The notes below the pieces were generated by a model. It ran no database searches. It was given only the letters and a program-made list of their open reading frames with translations, and was not told where the DNA came from. A DNA stretch of 63,998 nt, counting the filler, from Dirinaria sp. TL-2023a (Eukaryota): the NCBI GenBank assembly GCA_051941275.1. It is 3 parts of 3 records of this genome, joined end to end, with 100 filler letters (N's around TTAATTAATTAA, not from the genome) between each part and the next. Parts side by side here need not be neighbours in the genome. Positions count along the whole stretch, not along the records: positions 22,272 to 44,399 come from JAVEBF010000234.1; positions 44,500 to 63,998 come from JAVEBF010000331.1; 1 more part is not named here. One strand, given 5' to 3'. This document shows positions 38,502-47,824 of the stretch, one piece after another. Every line of letters starts with the position of its first letter. Position 1 is the first letter of the stretch. A program made the position numbers and the translations under genes.

Positions 38502-39968
38502 TCATGTATTTCTTGTAACTCGCTCAATAGCTTGCTGGATAACAGATTCGGGTATTTCGGGAACAACGGATCCTTCAGCATCAACTGGTGAGAGTTTGTA
38601 TCTTATTGGACCTTCTGCCATGCCGGGCCAGATATCGATGGGCAAGAAATCGCCCTGCTCATTTCTGAAGGCATCTCGTGCTTCAGCGTCGGTTTCATAC
38701 AACCTATCTAATTTTTTGAGGGTGTCCTGGATGATTTTGTCCGCCTTTATCTCCAGAGCTTTTCGCCTACCGACCTCGACGAGCAGATTATCGTATGCTG
38801 TCAGATAGCCGTCGTAAAATTCACGCAAGCCTTCCAGCTCTTCCATGCGCTCGTCTATCCTTGCTCTTTCCTCATCCCACCTCATCAGGAAAACCTGGCT
38901 TTGCGCAATAAAAGCGGGTAAGCGCTGGCCAATGTCTTCAAGCTGCCTGAAGGCGGACAGAGTATTTCTATGGTCTTGATCGCATGCGTTCACATGCTCC
39001 ATTAGAAGTTCATGTTGACTCTCCATCTCGACGATGTGTGATCGGATCTCGGTGACAACCTCGTCGACCTGCTCAGCATCTTTCTCTATGACGCCTATCA
39101 TTTCATTCCGTTCGTCCTTACTGATTGGTTCAGGAGTTGCATTCACGAGATCTTCACCGATTGCCACGCCCTCTGGTAAATCAACAGCAAGACGATGGGC
39201 AGTAACGTCACCGCCTTCTGTGTGCTTGATCGCCAACACGCAAAGATCAAAGTGTTTCACTAAAGACTCGAGATTATCAGCCATCTCTGTTGCGTGATCT
39301 TCCATAGTGTCGAGAACATCTGGAAACGGTGATCGCGCTCCAGTCTCTTTCGCCCCGTGGGCGGACATCCCAGCGTTCCGCTGTCTCAACAGCTTCTTGA
39401 CGCCTAAGACCTCCTCTGCAAAGGCGCTGTTTGTGTCAGCGAACCCTTCATGCCCTCTACCGGCACTTCGAACAGATTCTTTGATTGTGGCCACCAATTT
39501 CTGCACGCCGGTCTCATCCACGAAATCTAGCAGATTCTTCTTCTCTTCGCTGATAGGTCTTAGGCCTGACTCTACGAACGTGTCTCTCAACGATTGTAGA
39601 GTCCCTTTGAGCCGCTGGTCTGCTTCTTCCACTGATTTCATGGCCTTGTCCAAATCGGCCCTACCGGTCTGCTCGACCCGTCGACTGCCACTTTGCGCCT
39701 GTTCCAGTATCTTAACCTGCTCATTCATGCCACTCCTGAGGAACTCGATTCGCGCAACAGCGGTTACATTTTCCTCGAGAGCTTTACGCGTGGAGGTGAC
39801 GATCTCGTTGGCTCGCAGGACATGGCTTATGGAAGACAGAGAGCGTTTGGCAGCAAGAAGATGGGAGACGAGAGATTCCGTAGTTGTCGCTTCCTCGACT
39901 GGGGAGGGCTGGCGAGAAGAATCGGGTGAGGACGACCGAGAAGAGGCATCTTCCGAAGGCGAAGACAT
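38502..39968 (-). CDS. ATG17: Autophagy scaffold protein Atg17
   Basis: SLVSHLLAAKRSLSSI, LLDFVDE, MADNLESLVKHFDLC, YDNLLVEVGRRK, GDFLPIDIWPG; 488-aa helical ORF. Confidence 0.9.
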   Translation of the reverse strand: MSSPSEDASSRSSSPDSSRQPSPVEEATTTESLVSHLLAAKRSLSSISHVLRANEIVTSTRKALEENVTAVARIEFLRSGMNEQVKILEQAQSGSRRVEQTGRADLDKAMKSVEEADQRLKGTLQSLRDTFVESGLRPISEEKKNLLDFVDETGVQKLVATIKESVRSAGRGHEGFADTNSAFAEEVLGVKKLLRQRNAGMSAHGAKETGARSPFPDVLDTMEDHATEMADNLESLVKHFDLCVLAIKHTEGGDVTAHRLAVDLPEGVAIGEDLVNATPEPISKDERNEMIGVIEKDAEQVDEVVTEIRSHIVEMESQHELLMEHVNACDQDHRNTLSAFRQLEDIGQRLPAFIAQSQVFLMRWDEERARIDERMEELEGLREFYDGYLTAYDNLLVEVGRRKALEIKADKIIQDTLKKLDRLYETDAEARDAFRNEQGDFLPIDIWPGMAEGPIRYKLSPVDAEGSVVPEIPESVIQQAIERVTRNT

Positions 39969-40437
39969 TATTCCTAAATTAGTATCCTCTGCTTCGAAAA
40001 GTGTTCAGGCTGTCGATCAGCATCATTTCAGCCCTCAGCACCACTTCTGGATTGTATCTTGGTTCACCGGGAAAGTAGACTGCATGACTACTCGTGGACC
40101 CAGATAAGGGTGACGTGGGTAGAAAAGTAGTAGTGATGAATGAAAGAAAACCCTTTCACTTGGAAATGGGAAATGAGTAAGGTACTTCGGAGCTTCATCC
40201 GAGTAAGTCCTCTTGAAAGTACCTACATGTAGAGTAGGTAGGCAGTTCAGTAACTTCAGGTACTACCTAGACCTTAAAGCACCTTAGTAAGATCAAGGTA
40301 CGAGTACGAGTTACCTCGGTACATTAATATTCCATGTGGGATCGGGACTTTTGACTAATCCTGTACTTGTACCGTACCGGCCCTACCGGGGCAAAGTGAA
40401 AGCCACAAGTCTTGGCGATGGGCGATCTCTACCCCAA

Positions 40438-40447
40438 GTGGCGCCAC
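40438..40447. promoter_or_regulatory. Palindrome GTGGCGCCAC, CYS3/MetR-like site upstream of sconB
   Basis: Perfect 10-bp palindrome whose inner 8 bp match the Neurospora CYS3 consensus ATGRYRYCAT, ~400 bp upstream of the ATG. Confidence 0.4.
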
Positions 40448-40846
40448 ATTGAGAGGTTTGACCCGTTTGAGGGCAACTTCAGGCCAAGTGCACTTTTTCA
40501 GTGTCGACGGCTTGATTCACTAGACAACGTCCATACCTTGTCCCACCCGCTCATCTGCCTCGTGGCCTGGTATAAGGTAATCCATCAAACCTCCAGCCCT
40601 TCGCTTCAGTCTGTAAGAGAAGGTATTGACTTCATGCGCTCTCCAGGAATGAAGATGGTTGCATATCAGCATATGTTGGCTCAGAGGTTGTGTCTCGCAC
40701 GCCATCGATTGCGAATCTTCCCAAGCCAGGAAACCACCCACTCGAATCAATCCCACTCCCTCCGGCATACTCTTCGCTCGGCAAAATAACACAACTTCCA
40801 CACTGTTACACCACCATCAACTGAACCTCCATTCTCAACGTCCGTC

Positions 40847-43032
40847 ATGTTGGACAACCAAGAATACGCACACAGCCCGTCGAAGCGTAGACGACTTTCG
40901 CCACCGCCAGATTGGGATCAGTCAGCAGCAGCAGGACGTCGACTGGAAGTTCCCAAAGATACATATCGCGCAGATGGACACAATAAGACTATGAGACTTC
41001 AGGCAAATGGCTCTCAGGATGGCAACGTGACTCTGTCCGCCACGTCGAAGATAGCAGGACAGACCGTTGCTCCATTCCTAGCAAAGCACATACCTCATCA
41101 ATACGCACCGATGGGGGGCGTCGATTCGTCCGGCAGTCCCAAAGCAAAGGATCCTAATACGAAATACTGTTACCGCCATCGACCGGACCAGAAGTGTCGT
41201 CGACAAGCCAATGAGCCTTCCATGGAGCAATTGCAGCATGTGAGTTCGGCGCCCGCGGGTTTACTTGTAGAAGCTTTCTGATAGACCAACAGGAGTTGGA
41301 AGTCCTACCACAGGCAGATAAACAAGCCATCGCGCATGTGTGGTCACTTTTCTCAGCTGCTCCTGCGAAACACCGCAACCTCATGCTGCAAGGCATTCTC
41401 ACCCAGTGTTGCTTTCCTCAGCTCTCGTATTTATCGGTAAACGTGCGTGAGCTCATCCGCATCGATTTTCTCAGTGCACTGCCTGCCGAAGTTGCATTCA
41501 GAGTTCTATGCTTCCTCGACACGACATCCCTCTGCAAAGCCGCTCAGGTGAGCCATAAGTGGAGGACACTTGCAGACGACGACGTGGTATGGCATAGAAT
41601 GTGCGAGCAGCATATTGATCGAAAGTGTACGAAATGTGGTTGGGGGCTACCACTGCTGGAGAAGAAAATCCTGAGAGCATCTAAACGGCAAATCCAGCTG
41701 CGAGCAACTGGTCAAGGTCTCAACGAGTGGTCACCAAATCTTACACCATACCCAGAATCGGTGGATGAGTATCATGGAAACCCAGCCGCCAAGCAGTCTT
41801 CTTCGAATACAGCGACAGCACCAGGTTACAACGCTGTGGCCATGACACGCGACGGATCGAATAACAGCCATGAGAATGACCCCCAATTCCCAAAGCTTCA
41901 ATCCAATGGCTCCGACCTCGCAGACTCCTACTTTAAGCCACAATTGCGACCTTGGAAAGAGGTCTACAAAGACCGGTTCAAGATATGTACAAATTGGAAG
42001 CACGGCCGCTTTTCGACCAAGATCTTCAAAGGCCACGCCAACGGCGTAATGTGCCTGCAATTCTGCGACAACCTGAACGTGCTGGCCACAGGGTCCTACG
42101 ATGCTACTATCAAGATATGGGACCTGGACACATGCGAGGAAATCCGTACCCTACGAGGTCACGACAGCGGTATCCGCTGCCTTCAGTTCGACGATCAAAA
42201 ACTTATCAGTGGGGGCTTGGATCGAAATGTCAAAGTTTGGAACTGGCATACTGGAGAATGCATGTCGACCTACACGGGCCACAGCGGCGGTGTCATTGGA
42301 TTGAACTTCGATGGCGCGATCCTTGCCACGGGATCCATGGACACAACCATCAAGATCTGGAATTTCCAGGACAAATCGACTTATGTCCTCCGTGGCCACA
42401 CGGACTGGGTCAATGCGGTGTCGATTGATTCCACCTCCCGAACGCTCTTTTCCGTCTCGGATGACTTCACCGTCCGCCTGTGGGATCTCGACACGAGAGC
42501 CTGCATCAAGACGTTTGAAGGTCACGTGGGCCAGGTGCAGCAGGTGGTCGCTCTGCCGCCCGAATTTGACTTTGAGGAGTATGACATCGACGAGCACGCC
42601 AGCAGCAGATCCTCAGCCCCAAGCACGCAATCGGATCCCCCAACCGCGCAACCACCGGCCGAGGACCCCTCCTCCTCCTCCTCCTCATCCCATTCGTTCG
42701 GTCCGGGTTTCACCGACGCGGCACGTCCCCTGCCCCCGCGCTACATCCTCACCGGTGCTCTGGACTCAACGGTTCGCCTGTGGGACACGGCGACGCAGAA
42801 ATGCCTCCGCACCTTCTTCGGCCACGTCGAAGGCATCTGGGCCCTCGCGGCCGATACACTGCGCATCGTCTCCGGCGCCGAGGACGGCATGACCAAAGTC
42901 TGGGACGCCAGGACCGGCAAGTGCGACCGCACTTTCACCGGCCACGCCGGGCCTGTCACCTGCCTGGGCCTCAGTGACTGTCGACTGTGCACCGGTGGAG
43001 AGGACTGCGAGGTGAGGATGTATTGCTTCTAG
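40847..43032 (+). CDS. sconB: F-box/WD40 sulfur metabolite repression protein SconB/SCON-2/Met30
   Basis: [19 protein letters not shown]-box [41 protein letters not shown], multiple GH...WD repeats. One intron ~41240-41292. Confidence 0.94.
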
Positions 43033-43484
43033 ATTTTTCCATCATCTAGTTGTGAGAGTATCCGTAGGGAGAACGAGAAAAGTTCGGCGCATTTTCAACC
43101 GATGCAGTCAGTCTGTGCCGAAATCATATTTTTTCTTTTCTCTCTCTCTCGAGGCGCCAGCAAAAGAAAAAAAAAGTTCCTGCTAGCTAGCTTACTGCAT
43201 TGTTTTAAATAGATAGATAGATACCCTTCAAAGTACTCGTACAGTGATGTACATGTAGAATAATGCAAAGTTTTTTTGTCTTGCTTTCTCTCTCCCTCTC
43301 AGAGCTCCGGAATCAATAAATACAGTAATCCGTGCCATCAACCATCATAAAAAAAGGTTTAATATCTACAGGCAGAAATAGAGAGAAATTTTGAAAGCAA
43401 AACAGCGATATAGGAGGAACTCGATCATATTATCAATTAAAATTACCTTTGAATTCGAAGAGCTACTGAGGGTTACCACTGGCG

Positions 43485-44399
43485 ATGGGGCCCGCGATCC
43501 ACCCTGACCGTCGCGGTGAGGTGAACGCGGTCGACGCGACGTCGACAAGTGAACGAGACATCATCGAGGCGTCTTCGCAGAGAAGGATATCAGAATCGAG
43601 CGAAATATTGAATGAGGTAAATAAGATTGTGAGACTCTATGAGTCTAAGAGAATTAATGTCAGCGAAATGATGTCGATGACTGAACTGCACAATCTGTTC
43701 GACATGATTCGCGCAAAGACGCGTCAGAGCGAAGTCGCAACTATCTCGATCACACAAAATGATAGCGGCGCGATGATTGCGCGACTTGAGAAAATGATCA
43801 GCAGACTTGAAAAAGCTGTACAAAAGAAGAAACACGTGCAGAAAAAGAGTAATTGAGCGAAGATAACGATTATGAGCATCGCGAGCGCACAAAAAACAAC
43901 ACGCGTCAACGTTACTGCTACATCGTCGAAGCGTCAGCTGAGCAGAGAACTGAAGATTGTGATCTGAATCAAAGAAGACGCGAAGACGAAAAGAGTACAA
44001 AAAATGAGTGCAGCAGAGATGATCGCACTGACACAAAAGCTCAACAACGTCAACACGCTCTCGACGCGCAAGAGTATATTGAGAATTCGAAGATTCAAGA
44101 GCATGATAGTTTTTCGCGTCGACTCGAAGACTGTCAAAAAAACGCTGAAATCGAGCGATCATTGAGTCAAAGATGTGTTCAAGACGATCACTCTGCGTCA
44201 GAAACGCGCAGACGTACTGATACACGAAGTACGAGTCAAAAGAATATCAGCAGATATGACGAAGAATTCAAAGATCATTGAAGAAGTCTGCGCGAGAACA
44301 CACTCGAGACTTAAAGTGAATAAGACAGAGTGACTTACGAAGAATATCGACAAAAAAGATTATTCGTTCTTGATCGTGTGAGTCACGAGCGCTGAGATG
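43485..44399 (+). mobile_element. Hypermutated non-LTR (LINE, Tad1-like) retrotransposon ORF1/gag remnant, truncated by the gap
   Basis: One frame from ATG 43485 broken only by TGA codons. Residual motifs SN*AKI, LIHEVRV and YSFLIV resemble the xWAxV, VHGV and SSLIV motifs I recall from fungal LINE ORF1. Extreme CC/GG depletion; lies at a contig end. Confidence 0.7.
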
Positions 44400-44499
44400 N
44401 NNNNNNNNNNNNNNNNNNNNNNNNNNNNNNNNNNNNNNNNNNNTTAATTAATTAANNNNNNNNNNNNNNNNNNNNNNNNNNNNNNNNNNNNNNNNNNNN
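44400..44499. other. Assembly gap with artificial six-frame-stop linker TTAATTAATTAA
   Basis: N-run, ttaattaattaa (44444-44455), N-run. Confidence 0.95.
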
Positions 44500-45524
44500 C
44501 CCACCCTCCCCCCTATTCAGCGTCAATCCAAGAAAGAAGCAGTTCCGAAGCCTTCAGTCGTTATATTGTATAGACACGTCGCCCGTAGTTTTTGAAATTT
44601 CATCATCCCATTATCCTCGAATGGCCCCAGATCCTGCAAATACCACGCACTATTACCTCCCATCCTTCCCCTCCCTCGAACAACCCTTGCCTCAAAAAGT
44701 CCCTGCTTCCCTCAGTAACCCACATATACACATACACACACACATTCTCTCTCTCTCTCGGATGTTTTTGAAACCAAGGCGCGGGCGGAGGAAAGCCAAA
44801 ACCTTCATGTCTGGACCCCGGCTGCTTACCGTACCTATAGTATGTACGGTGCAACCCCGACTCCGACGAGACTGAGAACAAGGTGGAAAACGGATCATCC
44901 ATATCACCGACGGATGCTCCGCCGGGCCGACCATTTTCAACAGCTGTGTCCTGAAAACCTCTACTGAGTTTAGTATATGTATAAATTTCTTCCTTGAGGG
45001 ATCGGATGATCGCCAGGATTGGGGAAACATGGACGCATTATTGGGGAAATTTGTTTGCGCCTGGGGACTTCGGACTCCGAAAGGAGCGCGGTCGCTGTTT
45101 ACGGGATATGAATTATACCGAATGGCTGTCTGTGACTAGGATGAGTACTTGTATGTATGTAGATTGCCTGCTTCTCGGTCGCAAATACATATCCTGGAAC
45201 ACGTTTACATTTGCGCTTAAGTCTTGGGAATTTGCGGTAGGCCATGGGTTTTGGAAAGAGTACGGTACAAGTACCTATTTGACTCTGCCCTTTTATCATA
45301 TTCACCTAGCGCAAAAACATGCTGAAGCGTGCTCCCAGCTGATCGTCAACCAACCACGACCCGAAATTTGGAATCTATTCGTGCAGGGAATTCAGTTTTC
45401 CAATACCGCATTAATTAGTTCTAGCAGTCTACATATTACGGACATGCGTCAACCATCGTTTGCCTGAACAACGCCGGCGCTATGCACATCACAATAAGCC
45501 ACCTGCCCACCCCAAAAAATCATC

Positions 45525-47513
45525 TCATCTTCGACCATTGGCCTCCTGCGTTTGCTCTACCACGGCCTTTTTGTACTCCCCAGTTGCGACCTCTATGGCT
45601 TTCACCGTCGGCCCGAGTAATTGGTTGACGACTTTCGCTCCGCCCTTCACGCTGTCGTAATCGGGCTGAATTTTCCGTTTTGTTCTCTCGTAGTAATCCC
45701 TCGCTTGCTTCTTCAATTTGTCGACTTCGACCTTGCGCTCTGCTTCCGCATCGTTCGCGACTGCTTTGATTCTGTCCATGGCCCGATCGAGCGTTTCTAC
45801 TAACTTGCTAAGCTCGTCCGCACGACTGGCATCTCCGGAGAGGAAAATGCTCCAGAAATGCTGCAGGAACTCCGTTGTGGTGGCATGGGTGAGGGAGAGG
45901 CGGTCAAAGATGGCCGAGCTTAACCCGTACGTTGAGTTGGATTCGACAGTAGAGAAACCGGTGGTCGAAGCGGAAAGATCGTCATGCTGATCCTGTTGCT
46001 GCGATATGGCTGCCATTATCTGCGCGGTTGCAGCAGAAATGGCAGAGTGGCTTCCGACATGTCCCTGCTTTGACGCAGTTTCGTCGTCATCGCTGTCGCT
46101 GTCAGGATCAACGCCAATGGCTGCTTCGAGACTGGCATTTCCCTTAAACTGGGAAAGATCGGAGCGCAGCGACGACAGCACTTTAGCGGGTTTTTGCTTG
46201 GCATATTTGAGCGCATCCTCGGAAGCGCCGGATTCTTTGTCTGAAGCGAAGAATCGGGATTGGTCTTTGATATTGAGGATGCGCTGGTTTTCTCCAGCAT
46301 CACCTTGGAGGTCGCGCAGAGCGAGGGAATTAAAAGTTTCTTCGTCTACGCCGATTGGGAGAGAGGGATCAACGTCGTTGGGGGTGACGTGGGACATGAT
46401 TTTTTCAGACAAGGTGTTCAGTGTACGAAAGATAGGGACTTTGTTGCTAGGGCGCATCGTCCAGTCTGGGGCGTTACCTTTGCGTTGGCTGTGATTCTCT
46501 TCGTTACCTTCTATATCAATTATGTGCGGGATATGTGCTTCCATGAGGCGTTTACTCCTTTCGGCATCCTCGTCATGCTGTAGATATTTGTCGAGCAGAG
46601 GATCTGGCGGGTCATTTTCGGTAATCCGCTCACCTTTCAGTTTCTTGAATAGGCGCGATTGGAAGAAGCGGGACCAAAAAGCCTCCTCGCTAAGCTTTGG
46701 CACATTCTCATCGTAGACGCGTTTGACGAGGCTGTGTTGGCTAAAGATCAATTGGATTTGCTCCTTTGAGATACTGAGTCGGGTGGTGTTGTCGACTGTC
46801 ATAGGCCGAATGGTAGACAGCACATTATACTGGCCTCGGGTCTGGTTCCTCTCAATGGCATGGGCACGGAGTAGGTGGATCCGCGAAGACCAGAATTGAG
46901 CCGTGAATTGGGAAGGCGAAATTGAATCTGGTTTTGTACGAAGAGATTCCATGAAAGTTTTAGACAGCGAAGGATTAGCTTTCAGTAGAGATTGCTGTAG
47001 CTCTCCATCTGCCTTCAATTTCGAATCGTCGTACCAAGCATTAGAATCTCCACCGGATTGCGCGCCGGATGACACAGCACTTGCAATAGCCATGGCGGCG
47101 GAAGACGCATTGCTCGGTGCCGCAGCAAGCGGATTACCGCCACTTTTGGACGCTTGAATTACTTTACTAAGGACGTCTTTGATAGCATCTGCCTCAGCTC
47201 GAGCGGTCGTCTGCGAGGTAAATGAGAATGTATGTGTCTCGGCTGCAGAAGCTCCAGGCGCCTGAGCAAAGATCTTCAGCATCACCTTGGGGCTGCTGGC
47301 GGGAGTCTGTTGGAGGTCTGGCAGAGTTTAAGCAAAAACTCCAAAAGGCATTTGGCATTTCTTCTTACTGGTGATGCTCGAAATCGGCATGGTGACAACG
47401 GGTTGTGATCCTGGTGGGACCACTGGAGTCCATGACACGTACTGATTATCTTTGGACAAGGCGAGGGTGCCGTCTTGCTTCTTGTACGCGGCAGAGCCCC
47501 GTGGTGGTGGCAT
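45525..47513 (-). CDS. TFB1: TFIIH subunit Tfb1/p62
   Basis: PH-like start AAYKKQDGTL, NLQQTPASSPKVMLKIF, BSD motifs LQQSLLK, FWSSRIHLLRAHA, FWSRFFQSRLF, IIDIEGNE, TTTEFLQHFW. One intron. Confidence 0.93.
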
Positions 47514-47824
47514 GTTGATTCCATGAGGTGTCTGGAATATTGTTATTGAGAATGGAAGGATCGAGCGGTGCAGGTGGTATAAATTGATTTAATGGGTTTT
47601 GGTTTAGTCGATAAATTAATGTAAGTAAGTGAGTCGAGGCGGAAAAGATTCCGCCGGTACCGCCTGCCGTTAACGGAATTCAACCGCCTTCCGCCTCCAC
47701 ATGCTCATTCTTTGAACTTTGGATCCGATGCTTGATCGATCCACGGTTCAGCAAGCCGCGCAGTTGAACGGTCCGTGGTCCTTTCTCCTCCACACCTAAT
47801 GTGAATCCTTCTTACGCACCTAAA

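Noticed and set aside
43590..44281. ORFs 43590-44225 (-) and 43853-44281 (+) as genes
   Set aside because: Shadow frames of the mutated element; their lack of P/G/W follows from the CC/GG depletion.
43485..44399. TGA recoded as Trp (mitochondrial insertion or alternative code) or as selenocysteine
   Set aside because: CC/GG loss affects all codon positions and removes Pro and Gly too, which recoding cannot explain. Neighbouring genes use TGA as stop.
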